Below are positions 8,117 to 17,633 of a DNA stretch of 28,279 nucleotides, piece after piece; position 1 is the first letter of the stretch, and each line of letters opens with the position of its first letter. The translations under genes were made by a program, and so were the position numbers. Origin of the DNA: Bdellovibrio sp. (lineage in GTDB: Bacteria > Bdellovibrionota > Bdellovibrionia > Bdellovibrionales > Bdellovibrionaceae); assembly GCA_046318155.1 (NCBI GenBank), contig JBKCUU010000109.1:1-28279 (forward strand). Reading direction: 5' to 3'. The notes under the pieces are model-generated. The model was given only the letters and a program-made list of their open reading frames with translations. It was not told where the DNA came from and searched no databases.

Positions 8117-8549
8117 AGTCCAGAACACATAAAAATAGAGAATTGTTTAATAAAAAGAGGGGGTGAAAAATTTGATTTTTCAGAGGAGAAATTTATTTTT
8201 TATGAAAACAAAAAATAAACCTTCAATCGCGACTGCGAATTTTTTGAATACTTTTTTGATCAGAGTTCTGATCTGTAAAATCAACAGCACGCACGAAGTG
8301 CGATGGTCGTTATCGTGCAAAACCTTGAGGGCGGCACGCAGTTTTTTATCAGGCGCTTGTTCTCACGAATTTAATTCGCGAATTGGTTCCCCCCCTTGCG
8401 AGGGGGCGCCAGCGCAGGAAACAGAGTCATAGCTCAGCAAATAGAGAGGCTTGAAAGCTGAACAATTCGGATAGGGGATCGTAAGATCGCAATTCCCGAG
8501 GACGATCGAAGGTCATCACGTCGCGCCTTTATTCAAGGCGCTTCTGTGA

Positions 8550-9398
8550 TTATCCTCCGAATGTCTTGTTCAAGAGGCCAAGTGCAACGTTTGCTGACTG
8601 ATTGGCTTGTGCTAGAACCGAAGTTCCGGCCTGAAGCAGAATATTAGATCGTGTCATTTCCGATGTCTCTTCGGCGACATCCACGTCTCGGATTCGAGAG
8701 TTGGCGGAACTCATGTTCTCAACTGAGTTCTGAATGTTGCTCACAGTCGTTTGAAGACGATTCTGAAGCGCACCGAAGTCAGCCCGCATGGCCGAGACAC
8801 TCATGATCGCATTGTCGATAGCTGACAACGCATTTTGAGCACTGGCTTTGTCTGCGACTGAAGTCAAGTTCACACCAAGAGCGGCCGAGTTGGCGTCTGC
8901 TTTGGACGAATCAAAAGAGATTCGGTCAATTTCAGGATTATTACGGATTCCGACTTGGAAGTCCAAGATGGATCCTACTCCCGCAAGCAATTGAGTTCCA
9001 TTGAACTCGGTGGCTGCTGCGATACGGTCGATCTCTGATACCAGCTGATCATATTCCACGTTAAGGAACTGACGCTCGACAGGGCCGATCGTGTCTGAAG
9101 CGGATTGCACTGCAAGCTCTCGGAGACGGATCAGGATGCTCGATTGCTCGTTCATCGCGCCCTCCGCCACTTGCACCAGTGAAATACCGTCGTTGGCGTT
9201 TCGTGCCGACTGCTTAAGACCGCGGATTTGTGATCGCAGATTTTCTGAGATCGCCAATCCTGCCGCATCATCGCCTGCACGGTTGATTCGGTAACCCGAA
9301 GAAAGCCTTTCTAAGCTTTTATCGAGCCCGAGCTTCGTGTTCCACAGAACTCGCTGTGAATTCAACGAAGACGTGTTCGTATTAATTCGTAGTCCCAT
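8550..9398 (-). CDS. fliC: Flagellin, 282 aa (FliC3-like)
   Basis: MGLRINTNTSSLNSQRVLW...SSGYRINRAGDDAAGLAISE...RADFGALQNRL...SRIRDVDVAEE; GGAGGAGG RBS. Confidence 0.97.
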   Translation of the reverse strand: MGLRINTNTSSLNSQRVLWNTKLGLDKSLERLSSGYRINRAGDDAAGLAISENLRSQIRGLKQSARNANDGISLVQVAEGAMNEQSSILIRLRELAVQSASDTIGPVERQFLNVEYDQLVSEIDRIAAATEFNGTQLLAGVGSILDFQVGIRNNPEIDRISFDSSKADANSAALGVNLTSVADKASAQNALSAIDNAIMSVSAMRADFGALQNRLQTTVSNIQNSVENMSSANSRIRDVDVAEETSEMTRSNILLQAGTSVLAQANQSANVALGLLNKTFGG

Positions 9399-9400
9399 AA

Positions 9401-9441
9401 ATCCTCCTCCTTGAAGATCCCAGTTCTCATTCCTTGAGAAC
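9401..9441 (-). promoter_or_regulatory. 5' UTR with two AGGA-loop hairpins, one covering the RBS (putative CsrA sites)
   Basis: Minus strand GTTCTCA-AGGAA-TGAGAAC (9441-9423) and ATCTTC-AAGGAG-GAGGAT (9418-9401). Confidence 0.7.
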
Positions 9442-9493
9442 CTTGGCCAAGTTTTTATGGCTTGGATGGGTCATTCATGACCGCATGGTCTTC

Positions 9494-9520
9494 TGATCGG
9501 ACGGTCAAAAAAATCCTAAA
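9494..9520 (-). promoter_or_regulatory. sigma28 (FliA)-like promoter
   Basis: Minus strand TTTA-N15-TCCGATCA; same TCCGAT core as the other flagellin promoter. Confidence 0.7.
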
Positions 9521-9615
9521 GTGAGAATTTCTCATTTTAGGAAAATCTCGACCTAGGTGGAGCTCCTCATTTGGCCTTACTTTGAATAGACACTCCCCGC
9601 CTTGTCGAGGAAAAT

Positions 9616-10149
9616 GTGCAAGTGAAAAGTCTTCGCCGCGGTGTCGCCGTTTTTTTATTTGTTTCGTGCTTAACCATGGTCCTGGTTTCGAACCTTGTGG
9701 GTTTGTTTCCTCCGACTTTGTCTCCACTGGCCAACCAGGTCGTCGCCGTTGCCAACTTTTTTGGTCTGACCCAAAGCTACATGATGTTTGCCGTCGTGGG
9801 GCGCGAAGGCACAGACCTCGAGATTTCGGCAACGACTCAAAAGGGCGAAAAAAGGAATCTCACTGACGAGGTTTTTTTTCGGCCTGGCTTTTTGAATCAA
9901 AACTTTTTTGACCATAAGTCAGGAAAGATGATTCACGTCCTCATCGCATCTCCTGCCAGCCGAGAAACATTTTTAGATTATCTTTGCCGAACATCAAAGG
10001 ATCAGGACGGCCAGAGCTATCAAGAGATCATCCTGATTGGATCGGGTCGTGAATTCTTAAAGTCTGGATCGCCAAAGGCGGCCCAAAGTCTTTACGGCGA
10101 CCGCAAAATCAGTCTTTACTTAGCTAGGCGCTGCGCAGGTGCCCCATGA
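9616..10149 (+). CDS. Membrane-anchored HTTM partner protein (SdpA/DUF5819-like)
   Basis: N-terminal TM helix, GLTQSYMMFA (resembles Q-x-W-x-MFAP), FLDYLCR; GAGG RBS; ATGA overlap with the HTTM gene. Confidence 0.6.
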   Translation: MQVKSLRRGVAVFLFVSCLTMVLVSNLVGLFPPTLSPLANQVVAVANFFGLTQSYMMFAVVGREGTDLEISATTQKGEKRNLTDEVFFRPGFLNQNFFDHKSGKMIHVLIASPASRETFLDYLCRTSKDQDGQSYQEIILIGSGREFLKSGSPKAAQSLYGDRKISLYLARRCAGAP

Positions 10150-10991
10150 CGACAGCACTCATCTACCGTTGGATGTTTGCTAAGATCGACCCACTCCCGC
10201 TTAAAGTTTGGCGGCTCGCTGTCGGCAGCGTTTCGCTTTTATGGTGGCTTTCAAATCTGACCCACTGGACCCGTGATTACACCGTCGACGGCATCATGAG
10301 ACTTGCGCTGACTCAACAGGCGCTTCCCGCCTGGAGGATCCTCGAGCTGATTCCGGGTGGCTCTTGGACCGTCTTTGGTCTGGGGATCTTTGTTCATCTT
10401 CTTTTTTTGGCGAATCGAGCAACCCGCTGGGCTTCGCTTGGAATCTGGCTCTTGCACAGCTTTTTGATTTCTCTCAATTCGTTGGCCATGAACTCAGAGC
10501 AGTACATGTTTCTTTGGATCTTTCTGTACGGCTTCTTTGTTCCATGGACCGCCAGCAGGCGCCAGAGGCCGATTCATTCGATGGCCGTTCGTTTGTTTCA
10601 AGTACATATCTGCCTGATCTATTGGATCTCCACTTTTTGGAAACTCAGGCTGGACCCGGCCTGGTTCAATGGCGAATCTGTCTATTATATCTTGATGCAC
10701 CCTTTGTGGTCCCGGGTCGCGGGTCAATCCTGGGTCGCGTGGTCTGGCGCAGCCCCGCTGATGACCTACTCAAGCTTGCTCCTTGAAGGAAGCTTTGCCT
10801 TTTTGATCTGGTGGCGAAAAGCACGGCCGCTTCTTGTGGCAAGTCTGATCGTGTTTCATCTCAGCCTCTCTTTAATCATGCAGCACATCGGTTTTTTTAG
10901 TTTGATCATGGTTGCCTCGCTCTTGGTCTGGACGACAACCCAAGATATCGAAGCTGTTCTGAAACGAATCTCCCCTCGCCGAAAGTCTTAG
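10146..10991 (+). CDS. HTTM-domain membrane protein (SdpB / vitamin-K-dependent carboxylase-like)
   Basis: Multi-TM; PLKVWRL, IYWISTFWKL..DPAWFNGESVYY, LEGSFAFLIW, VFHL....M.HIGFFSLIM. Confidence 0.85.
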   Translation: MTTALIYRWMFAKIDPLPLKVWRLAVGSVSLLWWLSNLTHWTRDYTVDGIMRLALTQQALPAWRILELIPGGSWTVFGLGIFVHLLFLANRATRWASLGIWLLHSFLISLNSLAMNSEQYMFLWIFLYGFFVPWTASRRQRPIHSMAVRLFQVHICLIYWISTFWKLRLDPAWFNGESVYYILMHPLWSRVAGQSWVAWSGAAPLMTYSSLLLEGSFAFLIWWRKARPLLVASLIVFHLSLSLIMQHIGFFSLIMVASLLVWTTTQDIEAVLKRISPRRKS

Positions 10992-11077
10992 TTTTTTTCT
11001 GGACTTGAGAAGGGGTGTCCCTTTGTCCGATTTAATCTGGACCCTGCATCGAATTTTGGTGGGGCCCGGAGGCTTTC

Positions 11078-12709
11078 GTGAAAAATTCTTTGATCCTCGT
11101 TTGTGTGTGCTTCGCTATCGTTGGTTGTCAAAGGCCAAAGTCTTCTGATGACAATGCGGGCGCCGACAATACCTCACAAGAAACCCCCAGTCCTGCTCAG
11201 CCCGTCGCGGCACTTCCTGCACCCACGCCTGGGCCGGTGCCAAGCCCAACCCCGAAACCACCCACGCCAAAACCCAAGCCCGCTTCGATCTCAATCGAGG
11301 GCGGATTGCAAATCACCTCGGCCGCAGATGTGCGTCTGGAGTTAAAGACAATCCAGGGTTGGAAGATGAAGATTTCAGAAAACAACAATTGTCAGGGCGG
11401 AACCTGGGAGCCCTATGCCACCCAAAAACTGTGGACCCTAAAATCACAAAATGCAAAAGTTTCGATCTCGGTCGTATTTCAGGATTATGACGGCGGCTCG
11501 ACGGGTTGCGCGGTCAGCTCGATTGTTCAAGATAGCCTGGGGCCGGTGATCGCCATTGAACTGGATCCTAAAAACGCGTTGACCGCGGGATCGACAACGA
11601 CCGCCTTTCTTTCGGTTGAAGATCCCTCATCGGGATTGCAAGCCGTTTCCTGCCAGATCAATGGCTCGGGCTGGCCTTGCTCGTTGAATGCCGATGGCAA
11701 AGCAACGCTCTCGTTCCCCTCACAAAATGCCGGGGGCTACCAACTCTCGGTGCAAGCGACAGATCGACTTGGCAATAAATCAAATCAAGTCAGCTCATGG
11801 ACGGTCAAGACCACTCTCAAGCACATCAGCCAAAGTGCCAGCATCAAGTCACAAAATAAAGTCGATATTTTGATGATCACCGACAACTCGGGCTCGATGG
11901 GATATGAACAAAAAAGTATGGCTAAACGCATGGGCACTTTTGTTTCAAAACTTCAGGGTCTTGATTGGAAAATTGGAATCACCACAACCGATCCGCGCAA
12001 TGTGACTTTGGGTGATGGCAGACTGGTCCCAATGAAGAACCTAACAAATACATACTCAATCTCCTCGAGCATGAATCCAAACACGGCCCAGCAAATTCTT
12101 GGAGCCACGATTCAGCGAAGCGAAGTTGGCCATGACCAAGAGCAAGGAATTTTTGTCACCTACCGGGCCATTGAAAGATCCATGATGACCTCTGACCCGA
12201 CGAACGCAAACTTCTTGCGACCGGACGCGGCCTTTGCCGCTGTCGTGATTTCGGATGAAGACGAGTCTGCGACCGGCCCTAAGAATAAACCTGAAAATCT
12301 TTTGAACTTTGTCGAGACGACCTACAAAGGAAACAAAAAATTTGTTTTTCACTCGATCATTACCAAGCCTGGCGATACCGCCTGCCAAAAGCAGCAAGGG
12401 TTTAACTTTGGAACGGTGTACGCCAAGATGTCCACCCTGACTGGTGCGGGCTCCGTCGGCGGCGCAATTATTGGCTCTGTGTGCGAGTCGGACTATGCGG
12501 GTCAACTCTCGGGCATTGGGCAAAGCATTCAAGATATGAAGCGCACAATCGACTTACAATGCACGCCCATCGGCAACAGCAACTCCAGCGTTCTTGTTAA
12601 TTTGGGAGCTAAGCCCTACAATGAGCGCTACGAAGTTCAAGGTGCAAAAATCACCTTTGAAAAACCTTTGCCCGCTGGTGATTACAAGCTCAACTACGAC
12701 TGTCTTTAA
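11078..12709 (+). CDS. Lipoprotein with Pro-rich linker, Ig-like domains and a vWA (MIDAS) domain
   Basis: Lipobox IVGC (Cys17), PAPTPGPVPSPTPKPPTPKP, ATDRLGN Ig-like motif, DILMITDNSGSM (DxSxS), IGITTTD, VVISDEDE; GGAGG RBS. Confidence 0.8.
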   Translation: MKNSLILVCVCFAIVGCQRPKSSDDNAGADNTSQETPSPAQPVAALPAPTPGPVPSPTPKPPTPKPKPASISIEGGLQITSAADVRLELKTIQGWKMKISENNNCQGGTWEPYATQKLWTLKSQNAKVSISVVFQDYDGGSTGCAVSSIVQDSLGPVIAIELDPKNALTAGSTTTAFLSVEDPSSGLQAVSCQINGSGWPCSLNADGKATLSFPSQNAGGYQLSVQATDRLGNKSNQVSSWTVKTTLKHISQSASIKSQNKVDILMITDNSGSMGYEQKSMAKRMGTFVSKLQGLDWKIGITTTDPRNVTLGDGRLVPMKNLTNTYSISSSMNPNTAQQILGATIQRSEVGHDQEQGIFVTYRAIERSMMTSDPTNANFLRPDAAFAAVVISDEDESATGPKNKPENLLNFVETTYKGNKKFVFHSIITKPGDTACQKQQGFNFGTVYAKMSTLTGAGSVGGAIIGSVCESDYAGQLSGIGQSIQDMKRTIDLQCTPIGNSNSSVLVNLGAKPYNERYEVQGAKITFEKPLPAGDYKLNYDCL

Positions 12710-12721
12710 AAGTCGAAAGAA

Positions 12722-13216
12722 TCAAGAGCGTTCGTAAAGGCGAAAAGAATACGGCAGGGGTTCGGTGCGCTCTTCGCGTGACTTAAGCTTAAAAACCGAC
12801 TCGTCAAATTCAGGAAACTTGGCATCTCCTGCAAAGTTTTTCTCGATCACGGTCAAGTAGATGCGATTCAGAACGGGCAAAGACTCTTTATAAATTTCTC
12901 CGCCGCCCACAATACAAACCTCTTCGGGCCAGTGCGGGATCATGGCCTGCGCTCTCGCAATCGCCTCACTCAAAGAACCAAGAATTTCGACCATGGGGTG
13001 ATCAACTTTGTAATGGGTCTGCCTGGTAATGACCAGGTGATAACGGCCCGGCAATGGCTTGGGCAAAGACTCAAAAGTCTTACGACCCATGATCATAATC
13101 TTACCCTTAGTTTTATCTTTAAAAAACTGCAAGTCCTCGGGTAAATGCCAGGGAAGAGTGTTGTTAATTCCAATGACCCGGTTCTGCGCCATCGCGGCGA
13201 CCGCTGATAAGATCAT
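12722..13216 (-). CDS. folA: Dihydrofolate reductase
   Basis: [49 protein letters not shown]; 4-nt overlap with thyA. Confidence 0.97.
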   Translation of the reverse strand: MILSAVAAMAQNRVIGINNTLPWHLPEDLQFFKDKTKGKIMIMGRKTFESLPKPLPGRYHLVITRQTHYKVDHPMVEILGSLSEAIARAQAMIPHWPEEVCIVGGGEIYKESLPVLNRIYLTVIEKNFAGDAKFPEFDESVFKLKSREERTEPLPYSFRLYERS

Positions 13217-14007
13217 ACGGCCACCTCGCCTTTAATCGCAGGATGAGGCTCGTAGCCTAAAATTTCGATGTCCTCGAATTTGAAATCGAAAATATCTTTG
13301 ACCTCAGGATTGAGTCGCAACTTTGGCAAGGGTTTGAATTCACGTGTCAGCTGAAGCCTTGTTTGCACGAGATGATTTTTGTAAAGATGCGCATCACCCA
13401 ACGTGTGAATGAAGTCGCCTGGTTCTAAGCCCGTCACTTGCGCCACCATGTGAGTGAGGAGTGCATAGCTTGCAATATTAAACGGAACGCCCAAAAAGAC
13501 ATCGGCACTGCGCTGATACAACTGGCAAGAGAGCTTTCCGTTTGCGACATAGAACTGAAAAAAAGCATGGCAAGGTGGGAGCGCCATCTTGTCGACATCG
13601 CCCGGATTAAATGCCACGACAAGCAGACGACGCGAATCAGGATTCATTTTAATTTGCGCAATGACGTTCGAGATTTGATCGACCTGGCGGCCATCCGCCG
13701 TTTCCCAAGACCGCCATTGCTTTCCGTAAACGGGTCCCAGGTTGCCATTTTCATCAGCCCATTCATCCCAGATCGAAACTTTGTTTTCTTTAAGGTAAGC
13801 GATGTTCGTCTCGCCTTTGAGAAACCACAAAAGTTCGTGGATGATCGAACGTAAATGCAGTTTTTTGGTCGTAACCAAAGGGAAGCCTTCAGCTAAATTG
13901 AAGCGCATTTGATAACCAAAGACGCTGAGCGTTCCGGTCCCGGTTCTGTCTTCTTTGCTCGCGCCTGTTTCGAGAATATCGCGCATGAGCTGGTGGTAGG
14001 CTTGCAT
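13213..14007 (-). CDS. thyA: Thymidylate synthase
   Basis: [57 protein letters not shown]; 264 aa. Confidence 0.98.
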   Translation of the reverse strand: MQAYHQLMRDILETGASKEDRTGTGTLSVFGYQMRFNLAEGFPLVTTKKLHLRSIIHELLWFLKGETNIAYLKENKVSIWDEWADENGNLGPVYGKQWRSWETADGRQVDQISNVIAQIKMNPDSRRLLVVAFNPGDVDKMALPPCHAFFQFYVANGKLSCQLYQRSADVFLGVPFNIASYALLTHMVAQVTGLEPGDFIHTLGDAHLYKNHLVQTRLQLTREFKPLPKLRLNPEVKDIFDFKFEDIEILGYEPHPAIKGEVAV

Positions 14008-14075
14008 AAGTCCCCCGTTCTTTCACTTCAAGTTAATTGAAAACCCGGGGAGAGAACAGAATAGTCTTCGCATAC

Positions 14076-14092
14076 AACATATTCTTTATGTT
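14076..14092. promoter_or_regulatory. AT-rich palindrome in the thyA/LysR divergent spacer (candidate operator)
   Basis: AACATA-TTCTT-TATGTT directly upstream of the LysR start; not a clean T-N11-A box. Confidence 0.35.
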
Positions 14093-14103
14093 ATATAAAT
14101 TTG

Positions 14104-15003
14104 ATGCCTGATATTCCCATCCAACTCTTGCAAGCCTTCTATATCTTTGGCCAATCCGCCTCGATGGTCGAGGCGGCCAAGACGCTTGGAATCACGCAGC
14201 CGGCGCTCTCCAAGCAGCTGCAAGCCCTTGAGCACCACCTCCCGACGGCCGTCTTTACTCAGGTTGGCAAACGCAAAGTCATGACGTCGTTTGGTGAAAA
14301 TCTGCATCGCCAGCTGCACCTGCGCTTGGCGGACCTGAACCAGGTCGTCACCCAAGTGAGCAATCTCTCCGTCGAGGCCGAAGGGGCCCGGGTGAGACTC
14401 AGTGCGCGGCGTGAAGTCTTAGACCGCATTGCCGCTCAGGTGCGCTTTACCGGTGCCCTCATTTTTTTGGAATCAAGCCACGATGAAACTTTAAAAGCCC
14501 TGCAGGAACGTCGGACGGATCTGGGCCTGACTCACAAAGCGCCAGAGTCCTTTGAACTCATCGCAAAGCCCTTGTTTCGCGAAACTTTTCAATTGGTCAT
14601 CCCCAAAAAACTCAAAAGCCCGATTCGCTCCGATAAAGACCTTTTTGAACATCTCCCGGGTTTGCCTTGCTTGGCTTATAAGGAGCAGGATGAAGTGCTT
14701 GAAAGCTTGTTTAAATCGCAAGGACTGTCTCTACGCAACTTAAAGATCGCGCGCGTCACTTCGAATTATCAGAGCCTGGCCAAAATGCTCGAGGCGGGCT
14801 TGGGCTGGGCGGTCTTGCCGACCTATTACCCGATGTCACCTCAGCACAACTGGATACTAAAAATTCCGGCCCGGCTGCACGACCCCCGCGACTTTCAGGT
14901 GCTGTATCGACGCGAGCTGAGTCAAGCCGCGTGGCTGAAGTCTTTGATTCTCGAGATTCAGCGCGTTTTTAAGCAAGAAGAGCTCCGGCGCGGCTCACAT
15001 TAA
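14104..15003 (+). CDS. LysR family transcriptional regulator (ATG 14104; TTG 14101 possible)
   Basis: SMVEAAKTLGITQPALSKQLQALE HTH; DLGL, LFRETFQLV, MLEAGLGWAVLP; about 300 aa. Confidence 0.93.
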   Translation: MPDIPIQLLQAFYIFGQSASMVEAAKTLGITQPALSKQLQALEHHLPTAVFTQVGKRKVMTSFGENLHRQLHLRLADLNQVVTQVSNLSVEAEGARVRLSARREVLDRIAAQVRFTGALIFLESSHDETLKALQERRTDLGLTHKAPESFELIAKPLFRETFQLVIPKKLKSPIRSDKDLFEHLPGLPCLAYKEQDEVLESLFKSQGLSLRNLKIARVTSNYQSLAKMLEAGLGWAVLPTYYPMSPQHNWILKIPARLHDPRDFQVLYRRELSQAAWLKSLILEIQRVFKQEELRRGSH

Positions 15004-15040
15004 GAGTGACGAAAATCACCGGATCAGCTAAACGAAATCG

Positions 15041-16351
15041 ATGGAAATTCGTGACCCCGTCCACGGAAGCATTTCTTTATCCGACGCTGAAACTGCCGTC
15101 ATCGAGACGCCTGAGTACCAACGCTTACGCGCGATCAAGCAACTGGGTTTTGCAGAGTTTAGCTTTCCGGGAGCAACCCACAATCGCTTTTTGCACTCGA
15201 TCGGCGTCTCGCACATGGCGGGACAAGTTTTTGATCAGATTTTTAAGACCTTCGCATTTGCAAAAACCTCAACTCGCGCCCAATTTCGCAGCATTCTGAA
15301 AGTCGCGGCACTCCTGCACGACGTCGGTCATGGACCCTTAAGCCACACCACCGAAGAGGTGATGCCTCCGCTCGCGGATCTTCAAATCAATGCCTACAAA
15401 CACAAAAAAATTATGGGCGGCGGATCGGCCATTACTGAAAACCGTCCTGCCAACCATGAAGACTACACGATTAAATACCTGACCGACTCTCCGTTGACGT
15501 CGACGCTGATCGAGTCTTATCCAGACTTTACGCCCCTGCACATTGCTTGTTTGATCGATAAGGGGCTCACCGTTCCGGACGATTTTTTTATTGAGCAAGG
15601 AATCGATTTTAGGCCGCTGCTAAGTCAGCTCGTGAGTTCTGAACTTGATTGTGACCGCATGGATTACTTGGAGCGCGACTCTTATTTTTGCGGGACCAAT
15701 TACGGCAAGGTTGATTTGCATTGGCTGATGAACAATATGGCTGGCTACTTGAGCGAAGAAAAGCTTTACCTCGCCATCAGCCGCCGTGCGCTTTACACCT
15801 TTGACGATTTTTTAATTTCGCGGCACCACATGCATTTGATGGTGTATTTCCATCATAAGAGCATCATCTACGAAGAAATGTTAAACTTGTATTTGTCGTC
15901 GAAAGACTGCAGTTTCTTTTTGCCTTCGGACATCAATGAATACACCAAATACAACGACTACCGACTGTTTGAGCACTTGGCGAACTCGAAAAACCCTTGG
16001 GCGACCCGAATTGCCCAGCGCCGTCCCTACCGCGTGCTCGTCGAACTTCATCACACGGATGAATCGACCCGTCCCGAGAAAATGAAACAGGTCTTGGAGA
16101 CCAATGGCATCGATGTCATTTGGGCTTCGTCTAAAACACGTCTGTCAAAATACCATTCGATGTCACCCGAAGATAAAGCGTTTCCGATCTACGTGGTGGA
16201 TCAATACGACAAGCTTGATAAACCCGCACCGATCAATGAGTCGACCGAGATCTTTCAAAAATATGAGGGGGCCCGAATTATCGACCGCCTTTACGTGGCG
16301 CCCGAAAACTATGCGGCCGCCGATAAAATTTTAACGGATCAAAAACTTTAA
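15041..16351 (+). CDS. HD-domain phosphohydrolase, YwfO/SAMHD1-like (putative dNTP triphosphohydrolase)
   Basis: IRDPVHG, YQRLRAIKQLG, FPGATHNRFLHSIGV, ALLHDVGHGPLSH, LDCDRMDYLERD, VYFH. Confidence 0.92.
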   Translation: MEIRDPVHGSISLSDAETAVIETPEYQRLRAIKQLGFAEFSFPGATHNRFLHSIGVSHMAGQVFDQIFKTFAFAKTSTRAQFRSILKVAALLHDVGHGPLSHTTEEVMPPLADLQINAYKHKKIMGGGSAITENRPANHEDYTIKYLTDSPLTSTLIESYPDFTPLHIACLIDKGLTVPDDFFIEQGIDFRPLLSQLVSSELDCDRMDYLERDSYFCGTNYGKVDLHWLMNNMAGYLSEEKLYLAISRRALYTFDDFLISRHHMHLMVYFHHKSIIYEEMLNLYLSSKDCSFFLPSDINEYTKYNDYRLFEHLANSKNPWATRIAQRRPYRVLVELHHTDESTRPEKMKQVLETNGIDVIWASSKTRLSKYHSMSPEDKAFPIYVVDQYDKLDKPAPINESTEIFQKYEGARIIDRLYVAPENYAAADKILTDQKL

Positions 16352-17544
16352 CCGATCCGCTCAATCACGATCGCGATGCCTTGACCGCCGCCGATGCAGG
16401 CCGAGCCCAAGGCGTAGCGCCCGTTTCGGCGCACCAGTTCGTACATCAAATGATTCATGATTCGGGTTCCCGATGCGCCCAAGGGATGGCCCACGGCAAT
16501 CGCGCCGCCATTGACGTTGGTTTTTTCTAAAGGCAAACCCAGCTCTTTTTGAACCGCCAAAAATTGTGCGGCAAACGCCTCATTCACTTCGATCAGATCC
16601 AACTGCTCCATTTTAAGGCCCGCTTTTTCAAGCGCCTTGCGCGAGGCCCCCGCGGGCCCGATGCCCATGATTTTGGGCTCACAACCCACCGAGGCGTACG
16701 AGAGGATGCGCGCCATCGGTTTGAGGCCGCGCTTTTGAGCTTCGCTCTCGGACATCAGAATCGTGCAGGCCGCCCCATCAACGATGCCGCTGGCCGTTGC
16801 AGCCGTCACAAGCCCGTCTTTTTTAAAGAGCGCCTTCATGGCGCGCAGTTTTTCGATCGTGACCTCCGGCTTTGGATGCTCGTCTTTTGAAATCGTCAGC
16901 GGTCCTTTTTTTGACTCGATGACCACATTAACGATCTCGCTCGCAAACAGATTTTTGTCCAACGCTTGCTTGTAACGGCTTTGAGTCAAGAGGGAATACT
17001 CATCACATTGTTCGCGCGTGATGCCGTACTGTTCGCCGAGGGTTTCGGCCGTGATGGCCATCGGCATTCCCGCATAGGCATCGGTGAGAGCTGCGGTCAA
17101 AAGATCTTCGAGCTCCGAGTTCCCCAAGCGGATGCCGCCAAAGCGCACACCTCGCATCACGTAAGGGACTTGTGACATTTGCTCAACCCCGCCGGCAAGA
17201 ACGATGCGGGCTTCACCTGTCTGAAGCATCTGAACGGCATTCACCCAGGATTGAAAACCACTGCCGCAAAGTCGGTTGATGTTGTACGCAGGACAGCCCA
17301 CCGGGATGCCCGCTTTGAGGCCTACGTGGCGCGCGAGGTAAGCTGCGTCGGCTCCGGATTGCACCACGTTTCCGATGACGACATGGTCGATTTGATCTGC
17401 AGCAACGCCCGCTTGCTCAATGGTGGCCTTGGCTGCCATGACAGTGAGGTCCGTTCCTGAAATATCTTTGAGGGAACCGCCAAAAGCACCAAAGGGAGTC
17501 CTTTTTCCGGCGACGGCGACGACGGGTGCAAATGTCTTTTGCAT
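16348..17544 (-). CDS. Thiolase (acetyl-CoA acyltransferase), 398 aa; start is ATG 17544
   Basis: KRTPFG, NRLCGSG (catalytic Cys), [45 protein letters not shown]. The 75-aa extension in the ORF track overlaps purD. Confidence 0.95.
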   Translation of the reverse strand: MQKTFAPVVAVAGKRTPFGAFGGSLKDISGTDLTVMAAKATIEQAGVAADQIDHVVIGNVVQSGADAAYLARHVGLKAGIPVGCPAYNINRLCGSGFQSWVNAVQMLQTGEARIVLAGGVEQMSQVPYVMRGVRFGGIRLGNSELEDLLTAALTDAYAGMPMAITAETLGEQYGITREQCDEYSLLTQSRYKQALDKNLFASEIVNVVIESKKGPLTISKDEHPKPEVTIEKLRAMKALFKKDGLVTAATASGIVDGAACTILMSESEAQKRGLKPMARILSYASVGCEPKIMGIGPAGASRKALEKAGLKMEQLDLIEVNEAFAAQFLAVQKELGLPLEKTNVNGGAIAVGHPLGASGTRIMNHLMYELVRRNGRYALGSACIGGGQGIAIVIERIG

Positions 17545-17633
17545 AACGACCTCACTTGAAAATTGGAGAGAAGTCTCTAATATCCACCTTGAAAATCTCG
17601 ATGACAAGACTCTGAAAAGCGAAAGGGAACAAG

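Noticed and set aside
8163..8432. 89-aa ORF, and tmRNA/SRP/RNase P/c-di-GMP riboswitch candidates, in the inter-flagellin spacer
   Set aside because: The ORF has no coding character; the diagnostic motifs and stems of those RNAs are absent or only partial (e.g. GCAAAACC...ACGCAG lacks the GAAA hairpin).
15041..16351. HD protein as an anti-phage dGTPase or Cas3-type nuclease
   Set aside because: Motifs fit the YwfO/SAMHD1-like housekeeping family and there is no defence-island context.
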